Notes under the pieces: model-generated | What the model saw: only the letters and a program-made list of their open reading frames with translations | The model's database searches: none | What the model was told of the DNA's origin: nothing | Translations under genes and position numbers: made by a program | Shown here: positions 53,770-64,000 of the stretch, piece after piece | Position numbering within the stretch: the stretch's first letter is position 1 | Layout: each line of letters opens with the position of its first letter | Source of the DNA: Octopus vulgaris | Lineage: Eukaryota | Reading direction: 5' to 3' | NCBI GenBank assembly: GCA_951406725.2 | Contig: OX597818.1 | Location: forward strand, 65,968,001 to 66,032,000 | DNA length: 64,000 nucleotides

Positions 53770-53977
53770 TCTTTTACTCTTTTACTTGTTTCAGTCATTT
53801 GACTGCGGCCATGCTGGAGCATCGCCTTTAATCGAGCAACTCGACCCCGGGACTTATTCTTTCTGTAAGCCCAGTACTTATTCTATCGGTCTCGTTTTGC
53901 CGAACCGCTAAGTGACGGGGACGTAAACACACCAGCATCGGTTGTCAAGCAATGCTAGGGGGACAAACACAGACACA

Positions 53978-54017
<40 letters not shown>

Positions 54018-54582
54018 TACACACAGACACACATATATATATATATATATATAGTGAAGGCGCATGGCTCAGTGGTTAGAGCGTCGAGCTTACGATCGTG
54101 AGGTTGTGAGCTCGAATCCCGGACCGGGCTGCGTGTTGTGTTCTCGAGCAAGGCACTTTATTTCACGTTGCTCCAGTTCACTCAGCTGTAGAAATGAGTT
54201 GCGACGTCACTGGTGCCAAGCTGTATCGACCTTTGTCTCTCCCTTGGATAACACTGGTGGCGTGGAGAGGGGAGGCTGGTATGCATGGGAGACTGCTGGT
54301 CTTCCATAAACAACCTTGCCCAGACTTGTGCCATGGAGGGTAACTTTCTAGGTGCAATCCCATGGTCTGTGTCGTGACCAAAGGGGGTCTCCGACTATAT
54401 ATATATATATACATATATACGACCGGCTTCTTTCAGTTTCCGTCTACCAAATCCACTCACAAGGCATTGGTCGGTCCGGGGCTATAGCAGAAGACACTTG
54501 CCCAAGATGCCACGCAGTGGGACTGAACCCAGAAGCATGTGGTTGGTTAGCAAGCTACTTACCACACAGCCACTCCTGCGCC
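53770..54582 (-). mobile_element. SINE family B, full length, split by a nested SINE C
   Basis: The tail (53770-53985) and head (54420-54582) are reverse complements of 17021-17445. Confidence 0.9.
54054..54392 (+). mobile_element. SINE family C nested in the internal (TA)n of SINE B
   Basis: Closely matches 36353-36695, with (TA)n on both sides. Confidence 0.9.
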
Positions 54583-54729
54583 TTTGCATATTTTATACGT
54601 ATTAACTACCCAATAAATGTTTTGTAATGTATTTGTGTCTATTTAATTTCTCCTTCTGCAACGCCTAGTGTTTCAGTCATACAGTTGTAGGGATATCTTT
54701 AGACAATGTGATTGTCTTATCCTATTACT

Positions 54730-55102
54730 ACGGCACTCCATCGGTTAAGACGACGAAGTTTCCATTTCATGCAAACAACGGAACAGCCTGCTCGTGAAAA
54801 TAACGTGCAAGTCATTGAGCACCCCACTGACACGTGTACACTTAACGTAGGTTTCGGAGTGATTCAGCGTGACACGGCATGACTAGGCTGGCCCTTTGAA
54901 ATTCACGTACAAGAGAAACGGGAAGAAAGAGTGAGAGGAAGTAGTGGTGAAATGTACAGCAGGGTTCGCGACCAACTACTGCTGGAGCCTCGTTGATCTA
55001 TAAGTGTTTTCGCTCAATAAACACTAACCACGCTGGGTCTGGGAATCGAAACCGATATCCTACGACCGTGAGTGCTGCCCTAGCCATTGGGTCATTGCCC
55101 CC
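54730..55102 (-). mobile_element. SINE family D, full length, older copy
   Basis: The minus strand has a tRNA-like head (ATGACCCAATGGCTAGGGCAGC..GGTTTCGATTCCC). The body matches 49903-50220. Confidence 0.8.
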
Positions 55103-55178
55103 TCGACGCTCACCATATTCACCATAGTAGTGTCACGTACGCTAAAACCAAAGCTACCAACCATCAACATCTCACTAA

Positions 55179-55320
55179 CAATTTTGTATAATTCTACTGC
55201 TGTCTAAAATTGCATTGCTAACAGGAAGCGAAACTACGTGCCCTGTTCAATTTTGTATAATTCTACTGCTGTCTAAAATTGCATTGCTAACAGGAAGCGA
55301 AACTACGTGCCCTGTTCAAT
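55179..55320. repeat. Perfect 69-bp tandem duplication
   Basis: CAATTTTGTATAATTC...GTGCCCTGTT occurs at 55179 and 55248. Confidence 0.95.
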
Positions 55321-55710
55321 GTAGGTTGAATATTCTTCCTGTGATAATGAAACGAGAATTTCCTCAACGATAAAGGTCGGCCATCTTTTAGACAGTATTA
55401 GAGATACAACAATGTGAATTGATAAGAATCAAATGGCATAGTGGTAGTCGTTCAGAGACGTCTGCCTCATTCAGTAAATATTATTATGGTAGACCCGGGT
55501 GAAACTGAAATGAAAATGAATGTTATTCAGCAGCTTATTGTGTGGGTGCAGCTTGGTATTAAAACCGCAATGGGCTTCTCAATCACATACATAAATATAT
55601 ATCCATACACACACATATACATCCCAAGAAGTATATGTATGTGTATAGACACATTTATGTATTTTATATATGTATATAAACAAAACACACTCAAACACGC
55701 GCCCAAACAC

Positions 55711-55849
<139 letters not shown>

Positions 55850-56199
55850 TATATATATATTTGTTACCCCGTGACAATTAGCGCCTTTTAAATACTCGAT
55901 AATTGAGGTCAACAATAGACTACAAAATTTCAATAATAAAAATCTTATGACATTTCCTTGAATATAATATAATCTTGTCAATTATGTTCCAAGGGTAGTG
56001 AAGAACTCCTCTTTCAACAATTCCGTTAGTTTGCCATTGTTATACAATTTAGTTCCGTGTTTACACTCGTGACTTCTGAACAAAACATGTTTTGATGTGT
56101 TGTCCTCTTCTACTCCAATACTCATCAAATATTTGTAGACAATTCAGAAAACTGTTTACATTTCTTCTTCAGCTCTCTACATCTAAATTTGAACACACA

Positions 56200-56304
<105 letters not shown>

Positions 56305-56464
56305 TGCAATAAGTCTGATTTTGAAGTCATAGCAAATTTGAAACATTCAAGTTTTGTATGCTTTAACATTTCAAAATAGGTAACATTTTAAGAAAATCAT
56401 ATCTATCTAAATAGGGGTCAGCGTCTGGCTCTCTGCACTGGCATGGTGTCCAATAAAGAGGCAC

Positions 56465-57025
56465 AGGACTGGTAGTTTGGCAAGAAGTTTGCTTCCCAAC
56501 CAAATGGCTACTGTTTTTGTCCAATTTCATAGAAATGTCGATGTGTGTCTTGTACGAAAACCTCGGACCGACAAACACTCTGTGATCCGATTTGATTGAC
56601 GGAAATTCAAAGTGTCCAGTCCTATATAAATCTATAAATATATTAAAAACTGTGTGTGTGTATGTTTGTATGTGTGTGTCTGCATGCTTCCGTGTATGTG
56701 TGTTTGTGAGTGTCTGCGTCTACGTTTGCTCCCCACCACCATTTCACAACTGCGTCGGTGTACTTACGACCTCATTATTTAGCGGTTCAACAAAGTCGAA
56801 ATTTCCCTACGGCACCTCATGGAGGCTGGAGAGTACATCAGCCGAAACGGTATGTTAACAACAAACAAGATGAGGACAAATATCTGCCGAATATACATAA
56901 TGTACATAATTTCTCATCATTTAAAATTTAGAACTGTGCCAGGCTGTAAAATATATATATACTGGCGGCGATTCTTTCGACCAAAGCTCTTCAATCATTG
57001 CGGTAGTCTAAAAGACTGAAACGAG
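56465..57025 (+). mobile_element. Old SINE family B copy interrupted by the hammerhead-type repeat (56796-56937)
   Basis: B-like head, GATTTGATTGACGGAAA, (TG)n, TTAGCGGTTC, then an insert homologous to 937-1083, then the B tail GACTGAAAC. Confidence 0.65.
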
Positions 57026-58068
57026 TACACGGAAAATTATTTTTAAAATTCTGTTTACAAGAAAGGAATCACTTGAACAAGAATACTTTTTTAGTAACTA
57101 GGATTGTATTTTCGGAGAAACAGTAGCTGATGTTTATATATCATAGTTTCGCAACTTAATGCCGTCGCATAAAAGCTATACTATCGTTACTGATAAAGGT
57201 AGAATTGACAGTCGAGATTGTTCCAATCCAATTGAGTGATATAACTATTTAATTCTAATTAGTATTAATTGCCTATCATTACACGCAATGATTTAATTAT
57301 TAAGCCAGCAACATACATTTTACATTTAAATCAATAATTTGTCAGGTTTCATTAATCTGGTTTTACTAAAGTTAATTATAATACAACTGGTTACTCAACT
57401 TTTAATATAATAGACTAATGACTAATATTACCAGCAAACAAGGCGGCAGGCAACCGGAAAATTTAGCACGATGTACAAACTATTTATTGACATTTCTTCC
57501 AACTCTTTAAATTCCGAGCTCAAATACTTTGAATAGCTTCGCCTTTCATCGTTTCGGAGTGGATAACTTAAGGTACTCGTCAAGTACTAGCATCAATGTA
57601 ATCTTTATCCCCTCCTTTCCTGGGATGGACTGACGTTCCTATCAGGGTGTCATTCTATTGTCGGTCATTTATTTGCCATGAACACCCGGCAACAATGTTA
57701 GCTTTAAGGTACTGGAAAAAGAAAAAGAAAAAAGAGAAAAAAACAATTCATCCTGGAAGCAAAATCTCCAATATTGCATTTTAAACTTCAAATATGTTCC
57801 AAACTATACCTTGATATTCTCCTCTTAAAAAATTCCCCGTTGTTATGCTTCATCATTTTTGTTTTTCTGTCTATCGGTCTGTCAGTCTGTCTGTCTATCT
57901 ACCTACCCACCTCCTTAGCTACCTGGCGACCTACTAACCAACCTACCTACCTATCTATCCAACCCCTTACTTACCTGTCTATCTATCTATCTATCTATAT
58001 ATCTATCTATCAATCTATCTAAATAAAATATAGATAGATAGACATAAATACATTCATACATACATACA

Positions 58069-58134
<66 letters not shown>

Positions 58135-58150
58135 ATATATATATACATAG

Positions 58151-58275
58151 TACAGTTCTATATTTAAGAGAGTTCTATATTTAAGAGAAGAGGAATAATG
58201 TACATTATTTACATTATTTACCTTTGACGGAAATTTGTCCACATCTTTATTGTTAACAGAATGGTTTCGGCTGCT
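58151..58275 (-). mobile_element. Third, partial copy of the 900-1084 repeat
   Basis: TACAGTTCTATATTTAAGAG..ATGTACATTATTTACA..GACGGAAATTTGTCC..TGTTAACA..TTTCGGCTG is the reverse complement of 980-1084. Confidence 0.75.
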
Positions 58276-58504
58276 GTGCCTACGGACAAGTAAGCACAGA
58301 GAAACGACCCTTCATCAGTTGTCGGCCGTCTCTCTATTTCTCATTTCGAGCATTCAAAATGTGGAGTAGACAGAGATCGGACAATTCATGAATGGTCCTT
58401 TCTCCGTGTTTACTTGTCCTGTTCTCCATCATTTGTCGTTTTCTCCCGTATTTTATGTTGTTTGAACCGTTGCTGATGGCCTGTACCTATATATATATAT
58501 ATAT

Positions 58505-58646
58505 CAATTTTGCGTAATAAGATTTAAAAAGTCTAGGCTGTATAGATATCAGAGCATTTCTAGATAGAACGTTGTAAGACCTACCTATAAATGCTCTAAT
58601 ATCTATAGAGACTTGTTTTTTTTTTTCTCTTATTACGCAAAAAATT
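58505..58646. repeat. Imperfect fold-back palindrome in (TA)n
   Basis: TTTTGCGTAATAAGA / TCTTATTACGCAAAA and TATAGATATCAGAGCATTT / AAATGCTCTAATATCTATA arms. Confidence 0.85.
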
Positions 58647-58788
58647 CTTATATACACACGCCGACATAGAACCAACGTTGAACTCTTTATTCGCAATATA
58701 ACCGAATCTGGAACTTAACTATGGTCTGTCTATAGCACTTATTCAGCATTACCTGACACCTTTGGGTCTCAATGACACCATTGTATCT

Positions 58789-58882
<94 letters not shown>

Positions 58883-59591
58883 ATATATATATATATATTG
58901 ATATGTACGCATGTATGTATAGGTATGTGTATATGTATATATGTATGTGTGTGTGTATATATATATATATGTATATATGTATATACATATGTGTGTATGT
59001 ATATATGTACGTGTGTGTTTCAATACATGTGTGTGTGGCGCCCAACCGCCACTTGGCAGCCGGTGATGGTGTGTTTACCTCGCTGTTATCAAGTGGTTCG
59101 GCATAAGAGAGCAATAACTTTTCCTGGAGGGGGAAAAAAAGTTTTATGTTCGATTCGATCGACTAAAAGTTCTTCAATGCGTTGCCCTAGCATGGCCACA
59201 TTCTGGAAAAGGTAAAACATATTTGTGTTGAACTGCATTAAAGTAGAATATATCTAATTGCCATAACGATGCAATATTTGGTGTGTTTCCAGTTCAGTTT
59301 CATAAAAATATAATTCACCGAACAGACGTAATAGATTGGAAGAAGGTAAATGTTACTGGAATATCGGAACATTTAATAAATGTGTGGCATTGTTTGTTTC
59401 TTACCCAAATTTATTTTACAGACTTTTTTTAAAGAATAAATATCGTTAAGTATATTTGTTCGCAATAGGAAAAATGTGAAAAGAATGTACATAGATACTT
59501 ACATATATACGCACGTACACACATACATACAAGGATACCTATATACGTTAATTCATTCATTCGGTCCTTCATACTTTCTCATATGAGGGCA

Positions 59592-59717
<126 letters not shown>

Positions 59718-59720
59718 TAT

Positions 59721-59796
<76 letters not shown>

Positions 59797-60328
59797 TTAT
59801 ATATTTATATATACGTCTCTATATAAATATATGTGTATATTTATTATACAGGTATATATTTGTGGGGGGTGCGTAAATACGCATATCTATATGTTTCTAA
59901 GTATATGTTAACATATGTATATATGCACACATACGTGTGTGTGAGTTTGTGATTTTGCACAGGGACACACAGACAGACACACACAGACACACGCTCACAA
60001 ACCGACACAGACACACATACATATATATGTACACAGACATTCTTCCAACATAACAATATAAATATTACAATATAAGTTACTCCACAGATTGCTGTACATA
60101 AATGTTGTCGAATTCTTTACCTGAAACCAAGTCAGTTGTACCTACTCTCCAATTCCCCTACATTCGCAGATCAGTCACTAAGCACTACTTTCCTCCGTTC
60201 TGAAACTTTCTTTCAGACCCACATTGTATTAATGATAGAAGCGACATTTTACTGTGAAATGTTTTCTTTCAAAATACAGGCAAATATCCAAATTGCTAAA
60301 TGTCGACTATTTTCCATCAGAATCGAAA

Positions 60329-60463
<135 letters not shown>

Positions 60464-60954
60464 GCATATTAACAAAAATAAATATAAAACAATTCCTACG
60501 AAATAAAAATTGAATAAAGCCTGACGTAGTACAAGCTAAAGCAGACAGCAAGTCATATATAATATAATATAAAATTATATAATATAATATAATTTTGTAA
60601 TATGATAGCAGATACGAAATTTTCTTTTCACTAAGAGCTAGTTGATTTGCTCTTTAACTATCTTAATACAATTTACTTCGCCAGTAACCAGGGAAATTTT
60701 TGTCTACCAAAATGTCACTAGACTTCCAAAAGTACATCAAATCTATGTTTTACAAGTATTTAGTTTTCGATATCAAATTTATTGCTGTGTGAAATGTTTC
60801 AAAGAATTTTTTTAGAAATATATACCTGCAAAGTTCTGGATAACATAAATTTTTGTGTTTAATTTTGTCTATAATGAAGATTGTTTTATTTGTTGGAAAG
60901 CAATAAATAGTTCTACAACTATACCACAATCTGCTCAAAGATTAACTACATATA

Positions 60955-61390
<436 letters not shown>

Positions 61391-61839
61391 GTACACTGTG
61401 TCAAGTTTCTCAGATATCACAGAACTGAATATTACTTGATAAATATAACTAAGTAGTTTAAACATTAATTACTTCCTGCCCTTGTGCCCTCATATTTCCA
61501 GTGGATGTATTTTTACTTGACATTTCTAACGAGAAATAAAAGTATCCCAAATTCCATTTATGATGACCCGTTGTGATTATGTAAGGCTACGTGGAATGAT
61601 CGATAAACAATCATTGAAGAATATAATTATTTTGCAAATATTTTTTGACGAACTTTCAGCAAATTGTTAGTCCTGTTCACATTATCGCTTTTCTTTGTAA
61701 GATTTATTGAAGTTCAATCTCTTATAAGAACTGAGATCAGTGGTACAATTTGAGAATAATTTTTTTCATTCCTCTCACCACTAAGAAGGTAAATTACTTT
61801 CTAAAATGTTAAATAGCGAAATATATAATATGATTCCAG

Positions 61840-61945
61840 TTATTATCATTATTATTATTCAAGTCACTGCCTGGAATCGAACTCGGAATGTTGGGGTTAC
61901 TAGCCCGCGCTCTTAACCACTCTGCTATATGCCCGTGGGCATATG
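61840..61945 (-). mobile_element. tRNA-derived head followed by (AAT)n (SINE head fragment, not a functional tRNA)
   Basis: Minus strand reads GGGCATATAGCAGAGTGGTTAAGAGCGCGGGCTAGTAACCCCAACATTCCGAGTTCGATTCCAGGCAGTGACTTGAATAATAATAAT. A and B boxes are present but the acceptor stem does not pair. Confidence 0.7.
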
Positions 61946-62394
61946 AAGCCAGTTGTTTTCCTTTTTTTCGGTTTTCGAGATTTTCCGTGCATGAAAGTAA
62001 GTTACTGTTACACGACCAACGAAAAGTCGAAGTGAAATTGTGACGGGGTGTGTATGTGGGTAATTAATGACAATCAGAGGGAGCAGTGCGGTTAACCTTT
62101 CCTTTTTTGGAACTTTTATTCAAATTTATTTATAAGATATATTTCTTTTAATTGCTTTCAAATTTCTTTCCTTTCTATCTATTTCAGTCAATGGAATGTG
62201 ACCATGCGAGGTCTCCACCTTGAATGATTTTGTCGAACTCATCAATTGATGCAAGAGTATAGCTATGTTCTTGAAAGTCTTCTAATCATTCTTCCAGACT
62301 CTTTTTCCGAAACAGACACCAACAACAGTTGTCAAGCAGTGAAGAGGAACACACACAAACTTACAGTAACATACAAACATAGATACACGCATTC

Positions 62395-62540
62395 ATTCTG
62401 AGTTCAAATTCCGCCGAGGTCGACATTGTTTTTCATACTTTCGGGGTTCATAAAAACAGTACCACGTCAGTCATGGGATCAATATAATAAACCCACTCCT
62501 TCCGCCGAAATTACTGGCCTTCTACCAACATTTAAGACCG
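62395..62540 (+). mobile_element. SINE family A, headless short-tail copy
   Basis: TTCTGAGTTCAAATTCCGCCGAGGTCGAC..GAAATTACTGGCCTT. Confidence 0.75.
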
Positions 62541-63285
62541 TTATTATATTCGTCCCTTTCTTTCATACGTAACATATAACAGATACGTAATTATATAAAT
62601 GATTTTATATCGATGACAATTTGATCATTTTTATGCCAACCACTCGAGAATATTTTCCTCGCACAAGTCTGTTATTCAGAAACATAAGAATTATTTCTTA
62701 TCATTTGATTAAGTCTCATTCTCGTTGGTATCCAAGCTATATATCTGTCTGTCACATATATCGCCAACCTATATCATATATCATATAATTGGCCCGATGT
62801 ATTCTGAGTGGTAGACATCTAAGTTTCAAATTATCAGAAATGAAATATCAATACTGGCGTGTTTTTCTTTGCAACAGAAAGTCACAGAAAAAAACAACAC
62901 ACATGTTATTTTGTTAAATATACGACATGATGGACATATCTATATGTCTATATGAAATATATATTTCAACCACGTTTTATCTTTAGAGTACATTTGACTC
63001 CCAGGAGGAAAATAACTGTAGCTTTACTTGGTACAAAGTTGGTATTCTTCATTGTTATTTTTTTTTCCTTTCTTGATATGATAGGCAAGATTAATCAATG
63101 ACAATATGAATAAGGATATCTTTGATTAGCAGCAGATTACGCATACCTGAGTGGCAATTTTGTCATTGCATGGCAGTATTTATCAATCATCGAACACCTA
63201 CCTTCGAAGCCAAACGAGGAAATTTAGAGATAGGAGTAAATAGCGAGACACTACTACTAGTAACACTACAACCACTACAACCACC

Positions 63286-63368
<83 letters not shown>

Positions 63369-63384
63369 TACTACTACTACTACT

Positions 63385-63630
63385 ACATGGCCCTACTGTG
63401 AAGGGAAAGATTTACAAAGCCATGTTGCTAAGGCATTTACAAAACTTACGAAACGGGATTTCCTTCATCAGAACAATGCTGCAGCCCCCAAAGCCTTGGT
63501 TTCGGCAGCTGTTGTGCGTGACAGTGGCCTTCAGCTTGTCTATAACCCTGCTTATTCTCCCGTCCCACAACATAAAAGAATTTCTTTGAAAAGCAGTATT
63601 GCAGTGATGATGATGTCATACCTCTCTCAG
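63385..63630 (+). mobile_element. Mariner transposase C-terminal fragment
   Basis: HGPTVKGKIY; FLHQNNAAAPKALVSAAVVRDSGLQLVYNPAYSP (decayed HDNA..HPPYSPDL); KQYCSDDDVI. Confidence 0.85.
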
Positions 63631-63637
63631 CATGTTA

Positions 63638-64000
63638 CCATCGTATTCTACGTCGATGTTGTGGCCTTTCTGATCATAGTTAATAATCGCAATGCTCTTT
63701 GAGTCGCAAAAGTCTAAGGTCATAAAGTTCGCTGCAGATGAAACGACCATCGCCTACTTTAGAACAAGTGAGGAGAGGTTTTACCAGTCCATGGATTGTC
63801 TCTTTGTCTCTGGTTGAAAGTTATAAACTTAACCCTCATCCTGAGTAAGGAAACATTCAAAGAAACCAGCTCAATGTGCCGCAAACAATGTTCAACTTTC
63901 TATTGATGTCATCAGCCCGGTGTGTTTTTGATCAGCTGCCACACAAGGTGGCACCCACTCAGAAGGAATGTTCGTCAGGCCAAGTTTATTATACAGAATG
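63638..64000 (-). mobile_element. Mariner transposase central fragment (runs off the window)
   Basis: ILYNKLGLTNIPSEWVPP (WVP motif), FLTQDEG*VYNFQPETKRQSMDW (first catalytic D), VVSSAANFMTLDFCDSKSI..YDQKGHNID. Several stops. Confidence 0.9.

Noticed and set aside
61865-61936. Functional tRNA gene
   Set aside because: A and B boxes are present, but the acceptor stem does not pair and there is no T-run terminator. The same applies to the SINE A-D heads.

Overview
AT-rich, microsatellite-saturated eukaryotic DNA that is intergenic or intronic. The SINE, LINE and microsatellite make-up looks like an octopus (cephalopod) genome, recognised from memory and not from a search. No host protein-coding gene can be called with confidence, and most ORFs in the track are microsatellite artefacts. 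The protein-like sequence is all decayed transposon: R4/Dong-type LINEs with (TAA)n tails, CR1/Jockey-type LINEs, a Tx1/L1-clade LINE, a hAT transposase and a mariner. At least four tRNA-derived SINE families are present (called A-D here). The most interesting layer is non-coding. (1) Several short repeats, mostly in (TA)n/(AAT)n tracts, carry hammerhead-ribozyme motifs, including a fully foldable type I hammerhead at 33782-33832 inside a Penelope pLTR-like direct/inverted arrangement. (2) A series of 130-160 bp fold-back palindromes sits in or next to (TA)n. (3) One SINE family has a 3' tail matching the Tx1 LINE 3' end in this window and appears to have inserted as monomer, dimer and trimer. 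(4) There is a possible tRNA-headed, hammerhead-carrying SINE/retrozyme.
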